A DNA stretch of 64,000 nt, taken from positions 22,878,001 to 22,942,000 of the forward strand of contig OZ024755.1 in assembly GCA_964016885.1 (NCBI GenBank), in the 5' to 3' direction. The position numbers and the translations under genes are program-made. The notes below the pieces were generated by a model. It made no database searches and was not told the DNA's origin. It worked only from the letters and a program-made list of their open reading frames with translations. Source of the DNA: Eledone cirrhosa. Taxonomy: Eukaryota. Of this stretch, positions 1-12,459 are shown one piece after another (within the stretch, counting starts at the first letter, position 1; every line of letters starts with the position of its first letter).

Positions 1-83
1 TATATATATATATATATATATATGTACACACATCATCATCATCATCATTTTATGTCAGCTTTTCCCTGCATGCAAGAGTACAC

Positions 84-159
<76 letters not shown>

Positions 160-239
160 GCATATATATATGTATATATATATGTATATATATGTATATA
201 TATATGTATATATACATACATGTATATATATATACATAC

Positions 240-279
<40 letters not shown>

Positions 280-509
280 GCATATATATATGTATATATA
301 TATGTGTATATATATATATATATATATACACATGCATATATATATGTATATATATATGTGTATATATATATATACACATGCATATATATATGTATATATA
401 TATGTGTATATATATATATATACACATGCATATATATATGTATATATGTGTATATATATATATATGTATTATATATATACATACATGTATATATATATAT
501 ACATACATG

Positions 510-572
<63 letters not shown>

Positions 573-602
573 CATACATGTATATATATATATACATACA
601 TG

Positions 603-690
<88 letters not shown>

Positions 691-702
691 CACATATATA
701 TA
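1..702. repeat. (TA)n / (TACA) compound microsatellite
   Basis: Near-continuous TA dinucleotide runs with TACACATG/TACATG variants; the supplied YIYI ORFs are artefacts. Confidence 0.97.
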
Positions 703-1432
703 TGAGAGAGAGAGTCTGTATGCATGTATGTATGTATCTATATTTTTATTTTCATTTTAGTGCTCTGTGTGTATGTGTATGTGTATGTGTGTGTGTATGT
801 GTATGTATGCGTGTGTGTGTATATGCAGAAGAGTCTGTATGTTTGAAGTTTCGTAAGTTAATTTTTGAGGGTGGCATGCAATGGGTGGTGGTTAAAAAGA
901 AACATCTAAGAGAGATTTGGTGGTGTGGTGAGGTGGGATATTTTGCACAAATAATTAATTGAATAAAAAAAATAAAAAATAAAATAATTGGAATTTAAGA
1001 TAGAAAACAAGATACATATATATATATATGTATATATACATATGTCTGCATATATATATATGCATGTATGTATGTATTTATATATATGCATGTATGTGTA
1101 TATGTCTGTATTTATATATATGCATGTATGTATGTATTTATCTATATATGCATGTATGTGTATATATACACATACATGCATATATATAAATACAGACATA
1201 TGTATATATACATATATATAAATGTATTTTGTTTTCTATCTTAAATTCCAATTATTTTATTTTTTATTTTTTTTATTCAATTAATTATTTGTGCAAAATA
1301 TCCCACCTCACCACACCACCAAATCTCTCTTAGTTGTTTCTTTTTAACCACCACCCACTGCATGCCACCCTCAAAAATTAACTTACGAAACTTCAAACAT
1401 ACAGACTCTTCTGCATATACACACACACACAT

Positions 1433-1463
<31 letters not shown>

Positions 1464-1556
1464 TACACATACACACACACAGAGCACTAAAATGAAAATA
1501 AAAATATAGATACATACATACATGCATACAGACTCTCTCTCTCATATATATATGTG

Positions 1557-1615
<59 letters not shown>

Positions 1616-1675
1616 ATATATATAATACATATATATATATATACAGATATATACATATATATATGCATGTGTATA
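420..1675. repeat. Long inverted repeat (arms ~420-1017 and ~1222-1675, spacer ~200 bp)
   Basis: Unique sequence 703-1017 (GAGAGTCTGTATGC...GATAGAAAACAAGATACAT) is the near-perfect reverse complement of 1222-1545. The flanking TA/TACATG tracts also mirror. 1676-1900 is a further direct copy of ~1388-1560. Confidence 0.9.
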
Positions 1676-1739
1676 AACTTCAAACATACAGACTCTTTTG
1701 CATATACACACACACATACACACAGACACACACATATAT

Positions 1740-1803
<64 letters not shown>

Positions 1804-1906
1804 ACACACATACACATACACACAGAGCACTAAAATGAAAATAAAAATATAGATACATACATGCATACAGACATATACTCTCTCTCTCATATATATATGT
1901 GTATAT

Positions 1907-2093
1907 ATAGGAACCAGTAAGACCCCGACAGCTGAGCTCAAGCCGTTTCGACGGCTAATTCGAATTAGCCGTCGAAACGGCTTGAGCTCAGCTGTCGGGG
2001 TCTTACTGGTTCCTATTACCCACTCTACTACCTCAAGTATTGAGTACTTTGGTGCGTTATGGTCCACCTGGTTCCTTACCACATTTCCTTCGT

Positions 2094-2096
<3 letters not shown>
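1907..2096 (+). mobile_element. Palindrome-headed short element, copy 1 (110-bp perfect palindrome + ~80-bp tail)
   Basis: 1907-2016 is a perfect palindrome centred on TTCGAA (1961/1962), followed by the tail TACCCACTCTAC...GGTCCACCTGGTTCCTTACCAC. It is flanked by TA repeats and homologous to 2241-2447 and 25268-25402. Confidence 0.8.
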
Positions 2097-2177
<81 letters not shown>

Positions 2178-2240
2178 CAGAGGCATAGATATACAGACAC
2201 ATGCATATGTACATACACACACACACAGATATATATATAT

Positions 2241-2447
2241 ATAGGAAAATAGTCAGAACCCCGACGGCAGAGCTCAAGCTGTTTCGACAGCTATTTCTGG
2301 ACTAGTAGTCCAAAAATAGCTGTCGAAACGGCTTGAGCTCTGCCGTCAGGGTTCTGATACTTTTCCTATTACCCACTCTATTACCCTAAGTATTGAGTAC
2401 TCTGGTGCGTTATGGTCCACCTGGTTCCTTACCACACTTCCTTCATT
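2241..2447 (+). mobile_element. Palindrome-headed short element, copy 2 (129-bp imperfect palindrome + tail)
   Basis: ATAGGAAAA...GGACTAGTAGTCC...TTTTCCTAT (2241-2369) folds back on itself. The tail is nearly identical to that of copy 1, and the element sits within TA repeats. Confidence 0.8.
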
Positions 2448-3446
<999 letters not shown>

Positions 3447-3617
3447 GCAGCAGCAGCAGCAGTAGTAGTTACTTGCAGTAGTAGCAGTCAATATAGCAGT
3501 AGATATAACAGTCCCCTACGCCAAACCCCTTATCTAACTAAATATGCAGTCAGATCACTGACATCATCGATGATGTTGTTATCTGTTATCACACAATGCA
3601 ATGTGATGTAATACCAC

Positions 3618-3805
3618 TCGCTCTCCGACAGGTCTGCGGTCGTACCCCTGGCAGTGGAGACTTCTGGTGTCCTCGGCCCCAGGGCTACCTCCTTACTCAC
3701 AACCATAGGCGCTGAGGTGTGACCCCGCGAGTTGGAGTGGCTTTTCCAGCGTGTCTCCCTTGCCGTCCTCCGGGGAAACGCCTTCTCCATTCTGTCCGCT
3801 GGGGC
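3618..3805 (+). mobile_element. Fragment of a CRE/R2-group non-LTR retrotransposon restriction-like endonuclease C-terminus
   Basis: Reads YHSLSDRSAVVPLAVETSGVLGPRATSLLTTIG...WLFQRVSLAVLRGNAFSILS with one stop. This matches the recalled PxAVETxGxxG...FQRxSxAxxRGNA motif of CRE-like RLE domains. It is a GC-rich island. Confidence 0.65.
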
Positions 3806-3860
3806 GGGGCTGTGGCTGGGCCCTATCGTGTGCCGTTGCAGTTGTTGTATACAGATATTA

Positions 3861-4045
3861 TGGTGGATTGGCAGTATCGGTAGAGAGTCGGACGCCATGC
3901 TTTCTAGCATAGTTACATCCCTTTACGGTCTGAGTTCAAATCCCGCCGAGGTTAACTTTGCCTTTCATCCTTACGGGGTCGATAAAATAAAGTACCAGTA
4001 ATGTACTGGGTAATTGCTGTCCTTGTGCCTAAAGTAGAAACAATT
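3861..4045 (+). mobile_element. tRNA-derived SINE family A (Meta-like core)
   Basis: A-box-like TGGCAGTATCGG, B-box GAGTTCAAATCC, core ACTTTGCCTTTCATCCTTACGGGGTCGATAAAATAAAGTACCAG and AAACAATTA tail. More than 15 copies lie in the window. Confidence 0.88.
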
Positions 4046-4502
4046 ATATATAATCGCGCCAAGCTTAACTTTGCCTTTCATCCTTACGGGGCCGATAAAA
4101 TAAAGTACCAGTAAAGTACTGGGTTATTGCTGGCCTTGTGCCTAAAGTAGAAACAATTATATATAATCGCGCCAAGCTTAACTTTGCCTTTCATCCTTAC
4201 GGGGCCGATAAAATAAAGTACCAGTAAAGTACTGGGTTATTGCTGGCCTTGTGCCTAAAGTAGAAACAATTATATATAATCGCGCCAAGCTTAACTTTGC
4301 CTTTCATCCTTACGGGGGCCGATAAAATAAAGTATGAGTAATGCACTGGGATAATTGCTGGCCTTGTGCCTAAAGTAGAAACAATTATATATAATCGCGC
4401 CAAGCTTAACTTTGCCTTTCATCCTTACGGGGGCCGATAAAATAAAGTATGAGTAATGCACTGGGATAATTGCTGGCCTTGTACCAGAAGTAGAAACAAT
4501 TA
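3950..4502 (+). repeat. ~106-bp tandem array of the SINE A 3' half (5 units including the parent copy)
   Basis: The unit ...TAATCGCGCCAAGCTTAACTTTGCCTTTCATCC...GTAGAAACAATTA is repeated head-to-tail. Confidence 0.9.
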
Positions 4503-4777
4503 TATATATATATATATATATATCTGTCACAGTCACTCCTCTCTTTATATACTCATACATACAATCTCTCTTTCTCGCTCTAGCAATTTTATGAAATCAA
4601 AGAACAACAACACACACACAAGCTCATAAGCTACTGTTGGCTCTTGTATATATATATTACAAAAATACTCTCTTAGATCACATTAACCTATTCCTTACCA
4701 GATTCCTAAACACACATACTGCCTTGGATTTTTCAAGTCATTTTGAAAATAAGTAATTAAGATTTTGGAGGGATTCA

Positions 4778-4882
4778 ATAATTGTTTCTACTTTTGGCAC
4801 AAGGCCAGCAATCATTCCAGTGTATTACTGGTACTTTATTTTATCGACCCCGTAAGGATGAAAGGCAAAGTTAACCTCAGCA
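4778..4882 (-). mobile_element. SINE family A, 5'-truncated
   Basis: Reverse complement of the core and tail. Confidence 0.85.
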
Positions 4883-4966
4883 TAACTAACTTTCTTGTTA
4901 TGAAGTTGGTGTTTGTTGCAGGAAGGTTTTTATATAAAATTATGTTAGAAAGGTTTTAGATAAATA

Positions 4967-5164
4967 TGAGGGTCAGCTGAAATGTTCATAGGCTGACTAT
5001 GAAGGAGTGATGCTAGAGCTGTGAAATCTGGCAAGCATTAATTTCAACTCTTCTTATTAATAACTCCATTGTTTCTTTCCAGGGACTATGTTAAAAAATA
5101 AACCTCATTTGGTCATTTCATGAGAGTATCTGGGTCAACCTATGAACTTTTCAGTTGACCCTCT
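4967..5164. mobile_element. Tc1/mariner-type MITE
   Basis: 31-bp TIRs TGAGGGTCAGCTGAAATGTTCATAGGCTGAC / GTCAACCTATGAACTTTTCAGTTGACCCTCT, with TA on both sides (4965-66, 5165-66). It is inserted into an older TTAA-MITE sequence. Confidence 0.85.
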
Positions 5165-5259
5165 TATAAATGCTTTAAAACTTACCATATTTCTCATAAA
5201 AGACTACTTGAGATTTAGAAATTATTTTTAAAATAAACAATCAAGAATTTCAAGGGATT

Positions 5260-5480
5260 TAATAATGGTTTCTTATATAGGCACAAGGCCAGCAATTTGG
5301 GGGGAGGGGTAAGTCGATTAAATCAGCTCCAGTACATGACTGGTACTTTATTTTATCGACCCCGTAAGGATGAAAGGCAAAGTTAACCTCAGCGGGATTT
5401 GAACTCGGATCATAAAGGGTCGTAACTCTATGCTGCAAAGCATGGCGTCCGACCCGCAACCGATACTGCCAATTCACCAC
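5260..5480 (-). mobile_element. SINE family A (long-tail variant)
   Basis: Full head, core and tail in reverse orientation. Confidence 0.85.
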
Positions 5481-5921
5481 CCTCAAGGGATTTAATAATA
5501 TAAATGACTTTCTCATTATTAAGCTGGTGTTTGGTGCAGAAAGGTTCTTACATAAAAATTATGTGAGAAGGCTTTTAGATAAATATTATACGCTTTGACT
5601 GATTCTTTACCACATTTCTAATGAAAGACAGCCTCTGATTTTCTAATCATTTTAAAAATAAAAAATGAAAAATTTGGAAAAAATGGGCTAATGATGATTT
5701 TTTTTCTGTTCTAGAGGCTTATACACTCTGTCATTGTTAGAATATTTCTATACTCAACAAATACAGTAAAGTTATTAATTCAATTCAATTTTCAAATTCC
5801 ACTGCTACTTTCTAATCATGTGATGTTTACATATATATATTGACCTTTTTACAGTGAATTGAAATCAAGATGTTTTTATTTCAATTTATTTTTGCTTGTT
5901 TATATATATATATATATATAT

Positions 5922-6250
5922 ATCATCATAACTGTTTAATGTCCATTTTCCATGCTTGCATGGGTTAGACGAGTCATCCACAACATGAGATATGTCTGGC
6001 CAGATTGGCTGCGCCGTACCTTGCTAGGACGGAACTGTAAAATTTGGTGGGATTTTTACAGCTGGATGTTCTTCCTAACACTGACCACTACAGTGTGGAA
6101 CTGGATGGAACCCTTATGAGGTGGGACAGGTCAGTTGACTGTGTTGTACCCTGCTCATAGCAAAGCCATAGTTTGGGAGCCGTACCCACATTTACAGTGT
6201 GGAACTGGATGGCACCCTTATGAGGAGGGACAGGTCAATTGGTTGCCCCA
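5922..6250 (-). mobile_element. RTE-type 3' UTR fragment
   Basis: CATCAT...TTTAATGTCCATTTTCCATGCTTGCATGGGTTAGAC...CAGCTGGATG is the reverse complement of the 3' end of the RTE at 47340-47500. Confidence 0.7.
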
Positions 6251-6293
6251 TATGTATGTGTGTGTGTGTGTGTATATATTTATATATATATAT

Positions 6294-6686
6294 GGAGGCA
6301 CATGGCTTAGTGGTTAGAGCATTGGCCTTGCAATCGAAAGGTTGTGAGTTCAATTCTCAGACCGGGTGATGTGTTGTTTCCTTGAGCAAGACACTTTATT
6401 TCACATTGCTCCAGTTTACTCAGCTGTAGAAATGAGATGATAGGGACTGGGGTCCCTATCATTCCACTGCAAAGTGGTCGTGGAGGTGCCATGGCAAAAA
6501 AGCACCCAGACCACACTGTAAAGTGGACCTGTAGGCGCTATGGAAAAAAAAGCACCCAGTACTCACTGTAAATGAGGTTGGTGTTAGGAAGGGCATCCAG
6601 CTATAGAAATCAAGCCAGAATCAGTTCCCGTCCCACCCTTGCAATCAGGGAAAAGTGGACGTAAAATGAAATGATGATGATGATGA
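6294..6686 (+). mobile_element. tRNA-derived CORE-type SINE family B with RTE-derived tail
   Basis: Head GGAGGCACATGGCTTAGTGG...GAGTTCAATTC, CORE-like GTTTCCTTGAGCAAGACACTT, tail GTTGGTGTTAGGAAGGGCATCCAGC...GGACGTAAAATGA(TGA)n. Confidence 0.88.
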
Positions 6687-6964
6687 GTCTCTTGTTCCAC
6701 AAATAAAAGTAAAAACTTTATTGGATCGTCATCGACTCTCCTGAGTATCTCAAGCATACTTTTACAATCATGTAAATAATTCACAAAATATAACATACAC
6801 ACATACACATGCATACATTGATTTGATAAATGAAGGCTCATAAATGTACACACACATCTACAAATGTATAATATAAGGATCGATCAACTTTCGTCAAATC
6901 GGACTGAGGAAACAATGTTTTCGTCAGTCTTTCCAGTTGCTAGTACTATCTATCGGTTGCAGCT

Positions 6965-7093
6965 CCAGGTAGAAGGAGCAACGAGAAATAAAGTGTCTTG
7001 CTCAAGGACATAATGCATCGCCCGGTCCAGGAATCAAACTCACAACCTCACGATAGTGAATCCAATTCTCTAACCACTCAGCTACACGCCTTC
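6965..7093 (-). mobile_element. Diverged CORE-type SINE head
   Basis: AAATAAAGTGTCTTGCTCAAGGA...CTAACCACTCAGCTACACGCC is the reverse complement of a tRNA head plus CORE. Confidence 0.7.
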
Positions 7094-7979
7094 ACAATGT
7101 ATATAGAATGTATATACATATATTTTAAATATGCAATGTATATACAATGTATATACAAATGTATATACATATATTTTAAATATGCTTTTACATCCATACA
7201 CATAATTCACAAAAAATATAATACACATACACACACAAACACAAGCCTACACATACACACACATTCATTTGATAAAAGAAGGCTCATAAATGCACATATA
7301 CATATACACATATATACAAATGCATCCTTAAGATTTTCTGAACAAGCTGAGAATTCATATGAGAATTGCAGCTATTATATAACATTTGTAAAAGAAAAGC
7401 TAGAAGTATTGTTAGATCTATCTCTGTTAACAGATTTTGCTTTTGTCCCCTTTACTTTTTTCTCTTTCCTTTTTGGTGAATTTGATGCAGTCTTCATGGG
7501 AAAAAATTAATAGTACCTTTCTTCAGCTTTTAGTCATTATTATTGAATCAGCTATATAGTTGTATTTATATTATAAGTATGGTCTATTGAAAAAAAACCT
7601 GTCTAAATCCACCAAGTCCTTTTGTTCTCTTGTCACTATTCTTTTCTTTGTTGCTTTCTTTTTTCGTATTTTTTTTTCCATTGCCCATTCTTTACTTTCC
7701 AATGTCATCAAGAGGAGAAATTACCATCAAACTAGAAACCTGATCTGAATGCTTTCAACAGAGTGAATTTTACTAAAAGCATCCAAGAAGCAGATGGAGG
7801 TATTAAATTGGGCAACAGATTAAGTCTACCATACAATTGAGCCACAGTAGAATTTAAACTCAGAATGCTTAAATAAAGCCATTCTAACAATTCTGATAAT
7901 CCACCATACTGGACTGGCTTTGCAAAGCAAATTCCTTAATATTTTGGTTATGCTGCATCATGCAACTAATTCAAATCTT

Positions 7980-8340
7980 ACTTCTCTTCTTCACCCACTT
8001 ATTCCTGGCAGGGTCATGGGTGTAGAGACCTTAAACACTCCTTCCAGCAGATTCTGTCAGGAGCAACTGTTTCCAATTGATTCGGCTACATCCCTCAAGT
8101 GTGACCAGCTGAACTCATGGATATTATCCAATCGACTTGCTTGGGGTCTTCTGCTGGTTGATTTTTGCCCCTAAAATCTGTCTAACACTTCTTTCCAGAG
8201 ACATTCTAACCACATGTCCATAATATTGGTGCTGTGATCTCTCAATTCGGAGAAGCAGTATCTTTACTTGGAGTAACTCTCCAATGTGTAGATTCCCAAG
8301 CTACACAATCATAATATATATCATTCAGAATTAATGTCTT
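7980..8340 (-). mobile_element. Decayed RTE-like LINE 3' fragment
   Basis: Minus-strand GRPRxxWxDxI-like remnant (…RRPQASRLDNIHE…) and a short CTT-repeat end; heavily decayed. Confidence 0.4.
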
Positions 8341-8501
8341 CTGTCACACACTCATGACATAATCATTGTTTTTTTGGATAGAGACTTTGACACTTAATAA
8401 TATATAATATTACCATTTTTTTTTTTTCACTTTTTATCCCATCATGTCACAAATATCCTCTGGTGACTTCTTTAAAAAAAAATGCTATTATCTCTGTGCT
8501 A

Positions 8502-8783
8502 CACATTCTATTGAGTAACATTACTCCAAAGACCCTTTGGAGGAACCCCACATTCTATTGAGTAACATTACTCCAAAGATCCTTTGGAGGAACCCCACAT
8601 TCTATTGAGTAACATTACTCCAAAGACCCTTTGGAGGAACCCCACATTCTATTGAGTAACATTACTCCAAAGACCCTTTGGAGGAACCCCACATTCTATT
8701 GAGTAACATTACTCCAAAGACCCTTTGGAGGAACCCCACATTCTATTGAGTAACATTACTCCAAAGACCCTTTGGAGGAACCC
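8502..8783. repeat. 47-bp minisatellite, 6 near-identical copies, each with an 8-bp hairpin
   Basis: Unit CACATTCTATTGAGTAACATTACTCCAAAGACCCTTTGGAGGAACCC; stem CTCCAAAG/CTTTGGAG; no spacers. Confidence 0.95.
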
Positions 8784-8984
8784 CATTTTGGCCAATTGTA
8801 TTTGCGATTGTATTGAACTCTTTCGGTCATTACCCAACATTCATGACCATAGGTAAGTGTTGGCACAAATACCAAATTGAATATAAAAACATACCAGATA
8901 ATGTAGTGTTAGATTATCCTGCTATCGCTAACAATAGTCTCCCTACCAATTAAAAAAAAAAAAAATATATATATATATGACCTC

Positions 8985-9360
8985 TGGCGTCACACAGTAA
9001 TGCAGGAGACCCGACCCCCTCCCCTCCATGGGTACAAGCTGAAGCTGAAGCATATAGACAATATGCCCCACACCCTCCCACTGCAAAGTGGTCGTGGAGG
9101 TGCCACGGCAAAAAAGCACCCAGCCCACACTGTAAAGTGGACGTGTAGGCGCCACAGAAAGAAAAAGCACCCAGCACTCACTGTAAATGAGGTTGGTGTT
9201 AGGAAGGGCATCCAGCTGTAGAAATGGAGCCAGAATCAGTTCCCGTATGAGCAAGGCATGGTCAACCGACCGGACACTGCCCACAACAGGACAACCCGTC
9301 TAACCCATGCTAGCGTGGAAGAACGGACATAAAACGGTGATGATGATGATGATGATGATA
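8985..9360 (+). mobile_element. RTE 3' UTR / SINE B-related 3' fragment
   Basis: Shares CCACTGCAAAGTGGTCGTGG...GTTAGGAAGGGCATCCAG with SINE B and ACCCATGCTAGCGTGG...(TGA)n with the RTE 3' end. Confidence 0.75.
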
Positions 9361-10189
9361 TCTATATGTGTGTGTGTGTTGTCATGCATCGATGGGAAAA
9401 ACCTGATACCATAGGTTTATTCAATTATGTTTTACCTGATGCTTAACAACAACATCAACTAAATTTACTCAATCAATCAATACATGTGTTGGACTGCTAA
9501 ATATCTAGCACACGATATTTTATGAGTGAATAGCATTTTTTTTCCTTAACCTCCTTGTTGGTAAGCAAGTTAAATGGTGACAAAGGAAATGGTTTTAACT
9601 ACAGACTACTGAATGAATGAGAGCTCCTTCCTGTATTAGTCTCTACTTTCACATTGTATGAATAAGTAGTTATTAAAGGAAATGTATTCTTTTAAATATG
9701 TGTGTGTGTGAGTGTGTGTATCAAAATATCATCATCATCATCATAATCTCAATATATATGTATCATCACCGTTTTATGTCCATTTTCCACACTAGCATGG
9801 GTTCAACGAGTATGTATGTATATGTATATATATATATATATATGTAGATAAATCTACCAAGAGTTTACGGTAGTGTCCAATCCGTATGAAGAACTCAATG
9901 TAATCCGGATATCATGGAAAGAAGAGATGCAATGAAAAATCACTTTCGGTGAAAGATAAACGGAATACAGAGTCAAGATAAAATATTAAAAAAATAATGA
10001 ATAAAACAATGAAACAGTTCCTTATATTAAACAAAAAAAGTTCATTATTTAACGATCGTTTCTCATCACATTAATAATTGAAGTCGTTATAATACTACAA
10101 ATTTTACAATGATCTGTTCACTAGTAAAAATGCTATAAACATTTCAATTAATTCAGGTGTGATAGTTTGCTTGAAGCATTGTGGAATAT

Positions 10190-10545
10190 GAAACTGAAAA
10201 GGTACGTATGTTGAGAAAGCCATCCAATGCAAGTGGGTTAGAATTATCAACATAAGAAGCCAGAAGGGAACGGAAGTAGAAAGTAAAAGTGGGAGAAGGA
10301 AAATAAAAGGAAAGGAAGGAAATCTCTGATTTCTTTGAAGCACCCCCTATGGAACTCGCCTTGATAATCCGAAGAATTTTGCAACTATTAAATTGCTAAG
10401 GTAACTTCCAGTCATTCTCCTTTTTCTTTAATTTCCCATCTCCCACTTTTTCTTTCCACCTCAATTTTCTTCTGACGTGTTACCTTCGTAATCTAACCCA
10501 CTTGCATTGGACGGCTTTCTAAACATATGTACAACTTCAGTTTTA
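10190..10545. repeat. Imperfect inverted repeat
   Basis: GAAAGCCATCCAATGCAAGTGGGTTAGA (~10215-10242) is mirrored by TCTAACCCACTTGCATTGGACGGCTTTC (~10492-10519). Inner purine-rich and pyrimidine-rich tracts also mirror loosely. Confidence 0.75.
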
Positions 10546-10849
10546 TTTTAATATATTTTCTACGCAATCATTACCGGATGTTAAGAGTTGAATATACATT
10601 GTCCTACTTTATATATTCAGTTCAAAGGATGCCAATAATCTAAACTATAATAAAGGAAGGTCTGCGGGACTGCGTACGGTTTATTTTTTTTTTATCCCGT
10701 TAGTAAAATAAGTTGGATTACTTTGAATAAATAATGAATGAATAATACATAATTTATCTACTAAATTTCGTAAACAAAAATAATTTCGTAAAAATCAATA
10801 ATTTATAAAGTGATTTCTTTTCAAAGTTGCACTTCCAGTATATCGTTGC

Positions 10850-11824
10850 CACCACCACCACCACTTCAACTACCATATAGAAAGAGAGAGTGTGTTATCA
10901 TCATCATCACTACAGCCATACCCAACACTTCTATTGCTGCTACCACCACCACCACCACCACCACCACCAGTAGCAGCAACAGCACCACCACCACCACCAG
11001 ACCCACCACCACCACCACCAGCAGCAGCAGCACCAGCAGCACCACCACCAGCAGCAGCAGCACCACTACCACCACCAGCAACACCACCACCACCAGACCC
11101 ACCACCACCACCACCATCAGCACCACCACCATCATCAGCAGCAGCACCACCACCACCACCATCAGCACCACCACCATCATCAGCAGCAGCACCACCACCA
11201 CCACCATCAGCACCACCACCACCAGACCCACCACCACCACCATCAGCACCACCACCATCATCAGCACCACCACCATCATCATCAGCAGCACCACCACCAC
11301 CACCACCATCAGCACCACCACCATCATCATCAGCAGCACCACCACCACCACCATCAGCACCACCTCCACCACACTTAAACACATATAGACAAACATACAC
11401 ACAGAAACTTATGATGATGATGATCGTCATCATTATCATCATCACCAACACCACCACCAGTCACAACCAAAACCATTATCATCATCATCAACATCATAAC
11501 AATCATTACCACTGTTATAATCAGCTACATGTACCACACATATCACCCCCACCCCACTACTGCTATATCATCACAAACACCACCACCACCACCACCAGCA
11601 GCACTACCACCACCAGCACCACCACCACCACCACTACCACCACCACCAGCACCACCACCAGCACTACCACCACCGCCAGCACCACCACCAGCACCACCAC
11701 CAGCACTATCACCACCACCACCACCACCACCAGCACCACCACCACCAGCACCACCACCACCAGCACTACCACCACCACCAGCACCACCACCACCAGCACT
11801 ATCACCACCACCACCAGCACCACC

Positions 11825-11855
<31 letters not shown>

Positions 11856-11875
11856 CCAGCAGCATCACCATCACT
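10850..11875. repeat. (CAC/CAG/CAT)n trinucleotide low-complexity tract
   Basis: Direct reading; the poly-T/P/H/V/G ORFs are artefacts. Confidence 0.93.
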
Positions 11876-11909
11876 GATAAAAGGCTCAATTAACTTTTAA
11901 GTATGAGGT

Positions 11910-12368
11910 AACACACGCACAGACATACACACAAGCACACACTCGCACACACATAAACACACCCACACACACATACACATACACACAAATACATAAACAC
12001 ATATACAAAAACACACAGAAATACGCAAACACAAATAGGAAAACACGTGCGCACATGCAATGAAACACACACATAAATGCATACAAAACATACAGAAAGA
12101 TATACACACAACACGCATGCAGAGATACATCCATATACACATTTACACTAACAGACAAACACACACATACACATGCTCACAGAGAGAGAGACACATACAC
12201 ACATGTACTTAAACACACACACACACATACATAAACACAGACACACTTAAACACATATGCATACACACATAAACATACACACACATAAACACACAGACAT
12301 AAACACATACACACACAGACATAATCACACACGCACACAAATAACCTCACAGACATACACACACACAG
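11910..12368. repeat. Degenerate (CA)n tract
   Basis: Direct reading. Confidence 0.9.
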
Positions 12369-12459
12369 ATCTATGTATTACAGTTTCCGGTGACAAAATA
12401 GCAACTGAAGTCTTTTTCCGTTTTAACCCAACAAGGAATGGAGGAAATGACTTATGAAT

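Noticed and set aside
6294-6370. tRNA genes at SINE heads
   Set aside because: A and B boxes are present, but they continue into SINE core and tail sequence in multiple copies, with no complete cloverleaf.
7380-7710. Two short Lys-rich minus-strand frames (MTLESKEWAMEKKIRKKK..., MKTASNSPKRKEKK...)
   Set aside because: Each is about 40-50 aa and explained by T-rich composition. I found no consistent splice path or recognisable homology.
8502-8783. CRISPR-like palindromic repeat
   Set aside because: Units are contiguous with no unique spacers, there are no cas genes, and the context is eukaryotic.
10810-11900. Mucin-, extensin- or glycine-rich-looking ORFs (also 25556-26207)
   Set aside because: CAC/CAG trinucleotide tracts are open in most frames on both strands, with no splice or codon evidence.
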